Shown in pieces: positions 8,674 to 17,853 of a stretch of 64,000 nt of DNA. The number at the start of each line of letters is the position of its first letter. The first letter of the stretch is position 1. The stretch is from an uncultured Alphaproteobacteria bacterium (GTDB taxonomy: Bacteria; Pseudomonadota; Alphaproteobacteria; RF32; CAG-239). Where the stretch lies: assembly GCA_944391335.1 (NCBI GenBank), contig CALXTF010000005.1:7076-71075 (forward strand), given 5' to 3'. A program made the position numbers and the translations under genes. The notes under the pieces are model-generated. The model did not search any database, was not told the DNA's origin, and saw only the letters and a program-made list of their open reading frames with translations.

Positions 8674-9849
8674 CTATACTCCCTTTTCGACTCGTCCGCT
8701 TCCTCTGCATGTTCGACATTCATCGGTTAATATATCTTGTAGAGAAGGGCGGCGGCGTACGCGTATGATTTCTACTAATCCTGCTCGACTTAAACCGCAA
8801 AGGTGACTTTTGATGTTATCTTTTTCTAGACCTTCTTCTAAAATATCTAAAAGTGGTTTAATGTATCGATATTCCGAATGGCCGGCAAAATCAATTACTA
8901 TTTTACCGGAAAGATTGCGTAATCTAATTTGACGAATTATTTCATAGGCGGCTTCTTCATTAATTCGATTTAACGAACCTCCTCCGATGTCTTTGTTGCT
9001 ATCTACGTCTATTGCAACACAAGCTTTTGTTTCTTCAATATGAATACAACCGCCTCCTTTTAGGAGTATTTCTTTTTCCAAAGCTTCTGAAATAACTTCA
9101 TCAATTCCGTATTTTTCAAAGGGATTTATGCAATATTCAACATCTATGGTATTGTGATAATTAGCTTTTATTTCATTTTCAATATTGTGATTATTGGTGA
9201 TTATTTTATGTAAACTATTTTGATAGCGTTTTATGTATTCAAAAACAGAATCTGGGTGGGCGTAAAGTAGACATGGTGCTTGTGAGCTTCTGGCTTTAAT
9301 TCTTATTTGTTCATAAAGATTATGAAGTTCTTCCATTTCTTGTTCAATATTGGCAAATTCTGTATCAACGGAAGCTGTCCTTAATATCCAACCTTCTTGA
9401 GAATGTGTTAAATTCCTTACTTTTTCCATATATTCAAACATTTTTTGTTTGTCTTTTATCTTTGATGAAGCTTCTACTCTTAAACGGTATGGGCAATAAA
9501 CTAAATAATGACCGACAAGTTGAATGGATCGAACCAGACGAGCTTGTTTTTCCGCACGTCTTTCTTGAGAAACTTGTACAATGATGCTTTGTCCTTCCGT
9601 TAATTTTGTTTCTGATAAACCGTTTTCCTCTGCGTTTAGAAAGCCTTCTAAGCCGTTTCCTAAATCAATAAAAAAGCCTTCTTTGTTACCAGCTACAGAT
9701 ATTTTTCGAATAATCTTTCCTAAATAAATATTGCCGCTAAGGGCTTGGGTATTGGTTATAATTTCTAATTCAACAGGTAAATTCTCTTCTAAAAGTGCTA
9801 TTCCTGATACTGTTGTATTTTTATCATAAATAATTGTATCAATATTCAT
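8674..9849 (-). CDS. rng: Ribonuclease E/G family protein (RNase G-like, short form)
   Basis: S1 domain 'GNIYLGKIIRK...GFFIDLG'. 'VAIDVDS' DNase-I-like site. Zn-link 'CRTCRGSG' at the extreme C-terminus. Position after maf, as in the maf-rng pairs of other proteobacteria. Confidence 0.85.
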   Translation of the reverse strand: MNIDTIIYDKNTTVSGIALLEENLPVELEIITNTQALSGNIYLGKIIRKISVAGNKEGFFIDLGNGLEGFLNAEENGLSETKLTEGQSIIVQVSQERRAEKQARLVRSIQLVGHYLVYCPYRLRVEASSKIKDKQKMFEYMEKVRNLTHSQEGWILRTASVDTEFANIEQEMEELHNLYEQIRIKARSSQAPCLLYAHPDSVFEYIKRYQNSLHKIITNNHNIENEIKANYHNTIDVEYCINPFEKYGIDEVISEALEKEILLKGGGCIHIEETKACVAIDVDSNKDIGGGSLNRINEEAAYEIIRQIRLRNLSGKIVIDFAGHSEYRYIKPLLDILEEGLEKDNIKSHLCGLSRAGLVEIIRVRRRPSLQDILTDECRTCRGSGRVEKGV

Positions 9850-10418
9850 TTTATTCCCGCTCCGTTTAATAGATTTTTTGTTTCAAATAACGGCAGACCT
9901 ATAATACCTGTATAGGAGCCTATTATTTTACGGACATATCCTGCAAATTGACCTTCTATATTATAGCCGCTGCATCCATGCCATTCTTCACTTGTTGTAT
10001 AATCTTGTATTTCTTTATCGGTTAATCTTTTGATAATAATGCGTGTATCGGAAAAACGTAAAGATTGCCGTTTATTCTTTTCGATGAGACAAACAGCAGT
10101 TAAAGCGTGATTGGAACGTCCCGATAAAAGATGCAGAATCTGTTTTTGTTCTTCATCATTTTGGGCTTTTTGAATAATGCGGCGTCCGACAGTTATAATT
10201 GTATCGCAGGCTAATATATTTTCATGAGGATATTTTTCTGCTGTTATTTGCGCTTTTGTTATTGCCATACGCTTAACATATTGAGATGGTGTTTCATGTA
10301 GGTAACTTGTTTCATCAATATCGGCCGGACTGATTTGTTTGGGACGCATATTAATTTGTTCCAACAGCAACAGGCGGTGCGGCGAGGAAGACGCTAATAT
10401 AAAATCTTTTTTTTCCAT
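9846..10418 (-). CDS. maf: Maf-like nucleoside triphosphate pyrophosphatase
   Basis: 'ILASSSPHR..LL' N-terminus and 'AGGY.IEG'-like 'CSGYNIEG'. Typical length of 190 aa. Confidence 0.9.
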   Translation of the reverse strand: MEKKDFILASSSPHRLLLLEQINMRPKQISPADIDETSYLHETPSQYVKRMAITKAQITAEKYPHENILACDTIITVGRRIIQKAQNDEEQKQILHLLSGRSNHALTAVCLIEKNKRQSLRFSDTRIIIKRLTDKEIQDYTTSEEWHGCSGYNIEGQFAGYVRKIIGSYTGIIGLPLFETKNLLNGAGIK

Positions 10419-10426
10419 AATGGAGT

Positions 10427-10852
10427 TTAATCTTCGCTGTATGTTTTTTCCATTCTTTCATGACGCTCTTGAGCTTCTATTGATAATGTGGCAACAGGGC
10501 GTGCTTCCAGTCTTTCTATTCCTATGGGTTCTCCTGTTTCTTCACAATATCCGTAAGTTCCGTCTTCTATACGTTTCAACGCATCATTGATTTTACTGAT
10601 TAATTTGCGGGCTCTGTCTTTTGTGCGCAAATCAAGGGCTTTATCCGTTTCTAAGGAGGCTCTGTCTAATTCATCTGGTTGGTTTAGACCTCCTTGGCGT
10701 AAATCTTCCAAAGTATCTTGTGATTGTGCCAAAAGGGATTTTTTCCATTCTAATAATTTCTGACGGAAATATTCTATTTGCATTTCATTCATATATTCTT
10801 CATCTGCTGAAGGTTTATAATCCGGGGGAAGAATTACTGAAGTTTCAACCAT
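10427..10852 (-). CDS. dksA: RNA polymerase-binding transcription factor DksA (Cys-poor alphaproteobacterial type)
   Basis: Coiled coil with a 'DELDRAS' tip. 'GTYGYCEETGEPIGIERLEARPVATLSIEAQERHE' retains only one Cys of the usual C4 finger. Confidence 0.92.
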   Translation of the reverse strand: MVETSVILPPDYKPSADEEYMNEMQIEYFRQKLLEWKKSLLAQSQDTLEDLRQGGLNQPDELDRASLETDKALDLRTKDRARKLISKINDALKRIEDGTYGYCEETGEPIGIERLEARPVATLSIEAQERHERMEKTYSED

Positions 10853-10960
10853 TTTCTATCTCCTATTAAGTTTATTATTTTATAATCGAATTCATATAGC
10901 CAAATATATATTAATTTCAACTGTTTTCTGCAAGAAAAAAAGTATTTTGCACTCAATTTT

Positions 10961-11515
10961 TTACTGAAAACGCCATGTAATTTCGTTTTCATTATCCATT
11001 TGACAGGTCTCTATTGCTTGACTATACAACATGGGAAGTTTTTGAGCATTCTTTCCTTGCCATGTAAAATAGGTGTCATTTACTTTAATATGCAATAAAT
11101 GGGAGTTATGCCCATTAACCCAATCAATCATTGCTAATTCAACACAGGTTGTGTATGGAAGATCATAAAAAGTAATATCATATGCACTATCATCCATATT
11201 TGAAGTGATTTCAACTTCACCGTTATAAGCATGATATAAATCATTGTCACTAATCATATCACCGGGAATTATTCTCTCTTCAATTAAGAGACTTGGATCT
11301 GAATTTGATAATAATTTATAATTTTCCGCCGCGGAAAAACGAAAATCTATATTTTTTTGAAGATCTTTAATTTGTTGTGTAATTCTACTCATTCGATATT
11401 TATCAAGCATTGTGTTGATTAAACTGACAATTGAAATTCCCAACATACAAATAATGCCAATATACATTATTGATTCAATTAATGTATAACCGCTTTCATT
11501 TATTTGTTTTTTCAT
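10961..11515 (-). CDS. Type IV pilin / pseudopilin-like protein with a prepilin-type N-terminal cleavage/methylation domain
   Basis: Class III signal 'MKKQINESG|YTLIES', with Gly at -1 and Glu at +5, followed by a hydrophobic helix. Two C-terminal Cys residues could form a disulfide loop. Confidence 0.75.
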   Translation of the reverse strand: MKKQINESGYTLIESIMYIGIICMLGISIVSLINTMLDKYRMSRITQQIKDLQKNIDFRFSAAENYKLLSNSDPSLLIEERIIPGDMISDNDLYHAYNGEVEITSNMDDSAYDITFYDLPYTTCVELAMIDWVNGHNSHLLHIKVNDTYFTWQGKNAQKLPMLYSQAIETCQMDNENEITWRFQ

Positions 11516-11520
11516 TAATA

Positions 11521-11546
11521 AAGCTCCTTTATAAAGCTCCTTTATA
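11521..11546. repeat. Perfect tandem duplication of a 13-mer (AAGCTCCTTTATA x2) containing the pilin Shine-Dalgarno on the minus strand
   Basis: Read directly: 11521-11533 is identical to 11534-11546. On the minus strand it reads TATAAAGGAGCTT TATAAAGGAGCTT TATTA ATG. Confidence 0.85.
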
Positions 11547-11623
11547 AGGATATTCTTTTTTTCTTTGACTTTCTTAAATTATAACATACATTATATTAAT
11601 AAGTGTTAAAGAAAGGATTAAAA

Positions 11624-12181
11624 ATGAAAAAGATAAATAAATTTCTCTTAGTTGCCGGATGTTTGGTAAATACTGTATCAAACGCAAACGCTATTGAAAA
11701 TGATTATAAGCCGTATATGGGGATTAATTATGCTTATAATGAAATTCGTGCCAAAGGGACGCATTCTTATCATAATTCGGCTTCACTTAATTTAGGATCT
11801 GTTTATAATAAATATTTTGGAACAGAAGTTTTCTATCAATATGCCGATAAATATAAATTTGGACAATCTTCTTTACTTAAAAACTCATCTTTTCAAGCAT
11901 ATGGATTAGATATGATGGCTTATTTACCTTTGGGGTGTGAAGGAATAATTGCTCCAACGGTTACTTTGGGATTAGGAGAATATATCTTTAAACATAGTTA
12001 TCGTGGATACAAAAATCAGCGTGATCATGGTTGGGGATATCGTTTCGGTTTTGGGGTAACTTATAATATATCTCAAAATTGGTCTGTTAGAGGATTATAT
12101 CGATATGTTAAATTAGATAAAATTGATCGTGTAGATCATATTAATGAATATTCTCTAGGAATTCGCTATACATTTGATTAA
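11624..12181 (+). CDS. Outer-membrane beta-barrel protein (OMP_b-brl / OmpA-TM-like)
   Basis: Signal peptide 'MKKINKFLLVAGCLVNTVSNANA'. Alternating aromatic/Gly beta-strand pattern. Aromatic-rich C-terminal strand 'SLGIRYTFD'. Confidence 0.6.
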   Translation: MKKINKFLLVAGCLVNTVSNANAIENDYKPYMGINYAYNEIRAKGTHSYHNSASLNLGSVYNKYFGTEVFYQYADKYKFGQSSLLKNSSFQAYGLDMMAYLPLGCEGIIAPTVTLGLGEYIFKHSYRGYKNQRDHGWGYRFGFGVTYNISQNWSVRGLYRYVKLDKIDRVDHINEYSLGIRYTFD

Positions 12182-12202
12182 TCGTGTAGTAGATAAATTT
12201 AA

Positions 12203-12254
12203 AAACCTCAAAGGATTGAGGGGTTAGGGAAAATCCTTTGAGGTTTAGTTTTTG
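12203..12254. terminator. Bidirectional terminator hairpin between convergent genes
   Basis: 15-bp perfect stem, 12203-12217 with 12232-12246, and a 14-nt G-rich loop. The T-run is at 12249-12253. Confidence 0.7.
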
Positions 12255-12275
12255 TGGAAAATATATTAAAATAAT

Positions 12276-12572
12276 TTATTCTTCTTCAATATAACCTTCT
12301 TCAGTTACTGTTTCATCTAAAGTCATCGTGCCATTATTATTCATCATGGATGAATTTGAATTATGGGTTGATGTAGATGTACCGGCAGCTGTTGAAGTCG
12401 GAGAATTTTGACTGTTAGAATCAGCCGTTGTTACTCCATAGCTTTCTTCAACCATCAAGACACCGTCAGAGGTTTGTGCTGCATTATTTGTATTTTGCGC
12501 AACAGCATTACCAATGTAGTAGCCTGCGGTTGATAGTAAAGTAAACATCATTAATAGAGGTGTTTTTTTCAT
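12276..12572 (-). CDS. Hypothetical secreted Ser/Thr/Asn-rich protein
   Basis: Signal peptide 'MKKTPLLMMFTLLSTAG...AVA', a low-complexity S/T/N body and an acidic tail. No family recognised. Confidence 0.45.
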   Translation of the reverse strand: MKKTPLLMMFTLLSTAGYYIGNAVAQNTNNAAQTSDGVLMVEESYGVTTADSNSQNSPTSTAAGTSTSTHNSNSSMMNNNGTMTLDETVTEEGYIEEE

Positions 12573-12657
12573 TTTTTTATCCTTTTTCTTTTGTTACTTC
12601 ACATATGACGATATGTCCTTTCTTTTGTTCGTTTTCAATAGATATTGCGGTTATATT

Positions 12658-14766
12658 TTAGAGTAATTTTAAAACTATGGGCATTAAATCTAATCTGTAA
12701 TCTTGAACAATTTTATCTGTTCGAGAATATTGTGACGAGGCATCTAAGGCATAAATATTGGCTTGTTGTATGCGAAACTCCCCGCCGATAATAATTGCCT
12801 GAGCATTATTTTTAAGATAATTCCCAAATTGTATCGCATCATGAATATTGTTTTTGATTAATCCGTTGCGTTTTGTAAAAAGTGACGTATAGGAAAAAAT
12901 ATTCCAGATTATGACTAAAATGATTAATGTCGAAATAGCGTGAATATATCGATTCATAATGAAAAAACAAAAAACTATCATGAACAGAGCAAAAACTTTA
13001 GCAATTCTATTTATCCAACGATGTTCAAAATGGTGGCGTAAAATCCAGATATAAAAAGCTAAAGTTATGGTCGATGAAATTAATAATCCTATTGTTGTAA
13101 TTGGATTAATGTTCAACAATGCTATTGCCGCTTCTGAAAAAAATAACATTGCACAACTAAATAAAATATAACCAAAGTTGAGTTTTAAGGATAATCTTTT
13201 TAATCGATTTATTGTATCTTTTTCAATAAATTTATATGCTCGTTTTAATTTAACGGCATTATAGCGATTAATATTAATGGATGTTTCTTTGGCTTTTAGT
13301 ATTTGATAAAAGGCTTTTCTTTCATACTTATTTAAACGTGCTAAATTATCTGTTTTCTTTATAAGGGTTATTGTTTCTTCATCTTGCGCCTTTAAATCAA
13401 TAATATTACGACGAAATAAATCTAAAAGAAACGATGCAAAACAGATTTTATCAAATTTACCAAATGCTAATACGCGAAGCATGGCTGGTGTTTTAGGAAA
13501 ATCTATTTTTATGGGACTGGCATTGGAGTTAATATATCTCCATGAAATAATATAAGCTATTGTTATTGTTAATAATCCAATTAAGGAGAAAATTATATCT
13601 CCATAATCTTCAATAAACCACTCAAATTTTTTGTTAAAATCTGGTTCAATAAAGCCTTTTTTAGGAATTGAGACAAGAATATGCATTCCTTCACCGGCTA
13701 AAAGCGGACGTGTAGCGGTAAAACCAAGCGCATTTGTCTTAAGATTTTGGATGATTGTCGAATATTTATCCGTTAACAGATTAGGAATGTATCCGATTAA
13801 CATATTTTGCCCTAACGGCTTAATGTCTACGGGAAGACGAATTGTCGCTATGGCTTGTGATATGGCAAGATTCCAAAAGCTGCCCGTAACATCCCAATAA
13901 AATTCATTACGATCTTTATAATACCAAAGCTTACGATCTAACATATAGTCAAATTCATATGTATAAACACCTGAGGCTAGTTTAAATTGATCTTTAGGAG
14001 TGATTAAATATAGGTCACCGTCATCTTTTATATAGTGAGGAACTTCCGTGCCATTAATACGAACGCTGTTTAGATAAGGAATAATCGTGTTTTTTATACC
14101 GTCACGAGAAATAGAATATTTTGGTAATGCTTTATTTAATCCATATTTTAACTTTTGTCCGTTGGCAATCAAATTCACTGTTTCGGTAATATGAATCATT
14201 CCATTTGGTAAAATTTCTATTTTGCTGCTTAGATAAGGAATATGTTCTTTGGCAGGAGCAAGAATAGTTTTTCCTGTTGGTAATGTTACATTAATAACAT
14301 TTATATCATTTTGTTTTTTATATGTATCTTGTTGTGTTTGTGCTGTTTCTTGTTGTTTTATTTCCTCGGAAATAAGGGCAGGGGTATTAATTCTGTCTTG
14401 TGGAGATTCTTGTTCGATATTTTTGAGACGATTAATGGCACTTTCATAGATTTTTTCAAAAGTTGATTTTTCTTTTTTTTGATTGCTGATATATGATACA
14501 TCATCAATCGTACTCATTGATGAGTTTTGTTGAATAATCGACATTGGCATTTTATCTACTTTTTTCGCTCGTTCTTGAATATATTCAATAAATTCATCAT
14601 AATCAACAGGTATATCGTCGGGAGTAATGTTGGGTTTAATTTGCATATTCTTATTTGCATTATAGCGTTGAAAGCTCATTTCATCTTTCATCTTGATAAC
14701 AGCAGTATATGCTGGTAAAGAGATTAATAATGTCATGAAACAAATTGTAAAAAAAAGTTTTTTCAT
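12658..14766 (-). CDS. DUF2207-like membrane protein
   Basis: Signal peptide, a ~370-aa extracytoplasmic domain containing 'FYWDVTGSFWNLAISQAIATIRLP', then multiple TM helices. This topology and motif match what I recall of DUF2207. I prefer the ATG at 14766 over the GTG at 14775. Confidence 0.55.
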   Translation of the reverse strand: MKKLFFTICFMTLLISLPAYTAVIKMKDEMSFQRYNANKNMQIKPNITPDDIPVDYDEFIEYIQERAKKVDKMPMSIIQQNSSMSTIDDVSYISNQKKEKSTFEKIYESAINRLKNIEQESPQDRINTPALISEEIKQQETAQTQQDTYKKQNDINVINVTLPTGKTILAPAKEHIPYLSSKIEILPNGMIHITETVNLIANGQKLKYGLNKALPKYSISRDGIKNTIIPYLNSVRINGTEVPHYIKDDGDLYLITPKDQFKLASGVYTYEFDYMLDRKLWYYKDRNEFYWDVTGSFWNLAISQAIATIRLPVDIKPLGQNMLIGYIPNLLTDKYSTIIQNLKTNALGFTATRPLLAGEGMHILVSIPKKGFIEPDFNKKFEWFIEDYGDIIFSLIGLLTITIAYIISWRYINSNASPIKIDFPKTPAMLRVLAFGKFDKICFASFLLDLFRRNIIDLKAQDEETITLIKKTDNLARLNKYERKAFYQILKAKETSININRYNAVKLKRAYKFIEKDTINRLKRLSLKLNFGYILFSCAMLFFSEAAIALLNINPITTIGLLISSTITLAFYIWILRHHFEHRWINRIAKVFALFMIVFCFFIMNRYIHAISTLIILVIIWNIFSYTSLFTKRNGLIKNNIHDAIQFGNYLKNNAQAIIIGGEFRIQQANIYALDASSQYSRTDKIVQDYRLDLMPIVLKLL

Positions 14767-14844
14767 AAAAAACACCTTATGTTAACAAATAAATATTATT
14801 TAATATAATATAAACTTATTAAAAAATGATTAGAAAGGAAAAAA

Positions 14845-15579
14845 ATGACTACATCAAAAATTGCCGCCGTTGTTTTAGCCGCAGGTAAAGGAACGCGTAT
14901 GAAATCTAATTTACCAAAAGTCTTGATGCCAATCTGCGGGCAACCCATGATTAAACATATATTGCAAACTCTTGATCATATGAATACTGATAAAATTATT
15001 GTCGTGACGGCTCCTGATGGAGAAATTGTTCGTCAAGAAGTTCTACCTCATCAAAGTGTTATTCAAAAACAACAGTTAGGTACAGGAAACGCTGTATTGG
15101 CGGCTAAAGAAGCACTGGAAGGTTTTGATGGTGATGTTTTGACTATATTTGGCGATCATCCTATTATTACAAAAGAAACTTTCTTAAAAGCGGTACAAAA
15201 AAGACGGGAAGGTTACGCTATTGTTGTTCTTGGTTTTCGACCTGAAGATACGGCTCGTTATGGACGTTTAATCGTTAAAGATGGTGAATTGCAAAAAATT
15301 GTTGAATATAAAGATGCTACCGAAGATGAAAAAGCCGTTGATTTATGTAATTCCGGTGTTATGTGTTTTAACGGTAAAATTATGTTTGATATTTTAAATG
15401 AAATAAATAATGACAATGCGGCTCATGAATATTATCTTACGGATGCAATAACTATTGCTCGCGCGCATGGCTTAAAATGCAGTATCGTTGAATGTTCCGC
15501 AGAAGAAGTCGCAGGAGCTAATACACAAGAAGAATTAGCATTATTGGAGAGTTATTTAAAAAAGAGAGAAGGAAAATAA
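14845..15579 (+). CDS. glmU: GlmU-like N-acetylglucosamine-1-phosphate uridyltransferase domain only, with no LbH acetyltransferase domain
   Basis: 'LAAGKGTRMKSNLPKVLMPICGQPM', 'QLGTGNAV' and 'EYYLTDAI' match the GlmU N-terminal domain. The ORF stops at 244 aa. Confidence 0.8.
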   Translation: MTTSKIAAVVLAAGKGTRMKSNLPKVLMPICGQPMIKHILQTLDHMNTDKIIVVTAPDGEIVRQEVLPHQSVIQKQQLGTGNAVLAAKEALEGFDGDVLTIFGDHPIITKETFLKAVQKRREGYAIVVLGFRPEDTARYGRLIVKDGELQKIVEYKDATEDEKAVDLCNSGVMCFNGKIMFDILNEINNDNAAHEYYLTDAITIARAHGLKCSIVECSAEEVAGANTQEELALLESYLKKREGK

Positions 15580-16016
15580 TGTCATTTGTTAAAAATCATT
15601 GGTTCGGATTGTTCGTTTCAATTATTGTTTTTTTGTTTCTTTGTGTTTTTACCTTGGTTTTAATTGCACCACACCAAGATGAACAAAAACGGGGGTTTGT
15701 TCCTTGTACCCAAAAAATGGCTGAAAATCTTTATATGTGCAATGATCAAAAAATATGTATTTTGAAAGAAGTTATCAACAATACTTTCTGTAATATTAAA
15801 GTTATCGGTGAAGGAATACAATTATGGATTACCGGTGAACAATCAAGACCTTGGTCAAATTATTTTTTTGAACCTAAGCTGAAATCAATTACAACAGATG
15901 GAATTGAGCCGGAAAATAGTCTTGAAGAATATTACCAAAATACGCCGGATATATCGGCTGAAATGAATGAATTGTATAAACTTAACCAACAGTTGGAGAA
16001 TAGTGAAAATGAATAA
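15579..16016 (+). CDS. Hypothetical membrane-anchored protein
   Basis: One N-terminal TM helix. The start overlaps the glmU stop (TAATG). No family recognised. Confidence 0.45.
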   Translation: MSFVKNHWFGLFVSIIVFLFLCVFTLVLIAPHQDEQKRGFVPCTQKMAENLYMCNDQKICILKEVINNTFCNIKVIGEGIQLWITGEQSRPWSNYFFEPKLKSITTDGIEPENSLEEYYQNTPDISAEMNELYKLNQQLENSENE

Positions 16017-17793
16017 AGAGCAATTACCCGCATGGAATTTAAATGATTTATATAAAAGTATTGATGATCCCCAGATTAATGTTGATTTGGAGCAATATAA
16101 AACATTTTGTGAGAAATTTGCTTGTTTGTATAAAGGGAAATTAGCTTCTTTAGACAGTAAAGATGTTTTTAATATGTTAAGAGCTTATGAAAAAAATTCT
16201 TCACTTGGCAGCAGAATCGCCGGTTTTGCTTATTTGAATATGGTTACACAAATGAAAAATCAAAAAGCAATGGCTTTTTATCAAAATATTAGTGAGAAAT
16301 TAACCGATTATAGTAAGCCTTTAGTCTTTTTTAGCTTGGAAATTAATAACTTATCCGAAAAGACAATAGAGCAATGGTTTCAAAATTCCAATGTGCTTTT
16401 TTATAAACCATGGTTTGAGAGAATCCGTCGTTATAAGCCTTATGAGCTTTGTGAACCTGTCGAAGAAATTTTACTTGAAAAATCTGTAACTTCTTCATCG
16501 GCTTGGGTTCGCCTATATGAAGAAACATCTTCCCGTCTCCAATATACAGTAAATGGAAAAATATATAATGATGCTCAAATTTCAAAACTCTTGCTTGATA
16601 AAGATGAAAAAATTCGCCATCAAGCAGGCGTTGAGATGAACCGAGTCGCAGAAGAAAATGCTGATTTGTTTGCTTTTATTTATAATATGATTATCAAGGA
16701 TAAAGCAATTGAAGATGAAAAACGAGGGTTTAAATTACCTATGTCTTCACGCAATTTAAATGAAAATGTCACAGATGCAACAGTTCAAACATTGGCAGAA
16801 ACAGTTCGTGGAAATTATCAAAATATTGCTTATCGTTTTTATAAATTAAAAGCAAAATGGTTGGGAAAAGAAAAAATTTCTTATTGGGATCGTAACGCTC
16901 CTTTACCTTTTGCCGATGATGCAGAATATTCATGGCATGAAGCTGTTTCAACCGTCCTTGAAGCTTATAGAAATTTTTCACCCAAATTATATGAAATCGC
17001 AAAAGATTTTTTTGATCATGACTGGATAGATGTACCTCCTCGCGATGGTAAAAGAAGTGGTGCTTTTTGCGCACCTGTTTGTGTCGAGGCTCATCCGTAT
17101 CTTATGCTTAATTTTGTTGGTAAACGTAATGATGTTTTAACTTTGGCCCATGAACTTGGTCATGGTTGTCATCATCAAACACGAACTAAAAACGGGGAAC
17201 TAAATGAATATTCACGAATGACAACAGAAGAAGTGGCTTCTGTCTTTGGTGAAATGATTGTTTTTCAGTCTATGGTGGCAAAATTACCTGATGGACCCGA
17301 AAAATTGGCTTTAATTGCTTCTAAAGTAAGTGATATGATTAATACCGCTATTCGCCAAATAGCATTTCACTTTTTTGAAAGCCGCGCTCATATGGAACGT
17401 AAAAACGGAGAGTTAAGCAAAGAACGTTTATGTGATATTTGGCTTGAGGAAATGAAAATTAGTCTCGGTGACGCTGTTGAGGTTGGAAATGACTGTCGAT
17501 TTATATGGTCTCAAGTTGGACATTTCTTTTTCTTGCCTTTTTATGTTTATGCTTATTCGTTTGCTGATTGTTTGGTAAATTCTTTATATCAAGTTTATCA
17601 AGAAGGAAAAGTAAAAGATTTTGCGGATAAATATTTAAATATGCTTTCACTGACAGCTATTAGCGATTATTCCAAATTGCTAAAACCTTTTGGACTTAAT
17701 CCGAATGACGCTGATTTTTGGAATAAAGGTTTAAATTTAATCTCAAGTTATATTGATGAATTAGAGCGTCTAGATCAAAAAATATCTTTTTGA
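16009..17793 (+). CDS. pepF: Oligoendopeptidase F (M3B family)
   Basis: Zinc site 'HELGHGCHH' plus a downstream 'EVAS.FGE'. The length and context fit PepF. I prefer the ATG at 16009 (MNKEQLPAWNL). Confidence 0.9.
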   Translation: MNKEQLPAWNLNDLYKSIDDPQINVDLEQYKTFCEKFACLYKGKLASLDSKDVFNMLRAYEKNSSLGSRIAGFAYLNMVTQMKNQKAMAFYQNISEKLTDYSKPLVFFSLEINNLSEKTIEQWFQNSNVLFYKPWFERIRRYKPYELCEPVEEILLEKSVTSSSAWVRLYEETSSRLQYTVNGKIYNDAQISKLLLDKDEKIRHQAGVEMNRVAEENADLFAFIYNMIIKDKAIEDEKRGFKLPMSSRNLNENVTDATVQTLAETVRGNYQNIAYRFYKLKAKWLGKEKISYWDRNAPLPFADDAEYSWHEAVSTVLEAYRNFSPKLYEIAKDFFDHDWIDVPPRDGKRSGAFCAPVCVEAHPYLMLNFVGKRNDVLTLAHELGHGCHHQTRTKNGELNEYSRMTTEEVASVFGEMIVFQSMVAKLPDGPEKLALIASKVSDMINTAIRQIAFHFFESRAHMERKNGELSKERLCDIWLEEMKISLGDAVEVGNDCRFIWSQVGHFFFLPFYVYAYSFADCLVNSLYQVYQEGKVKDFADKYLNMLSLTAISDYSKLLKPFGLNPNDADFWNKGLNLISSYIDELERLDQKISF

Positions 17794-17803
17794 TTGCAAA
17801 TAT

Positions 17804-17841
17804 AAAAAAATCCGAAACATTGTAATGTTTCGGATTTTTTT
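17804..17841. terminator. Bidirectional terminator between pepF and ftsZ
   Basis: AAAAAATCCGAAACAT (17805-17820) pairs with ATGTTTCGGATTTTTT (17825-17840) around a TGTA loop. Confidence 0.75.
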
Positions 17842-17853
17842 CATTTCTAATAT

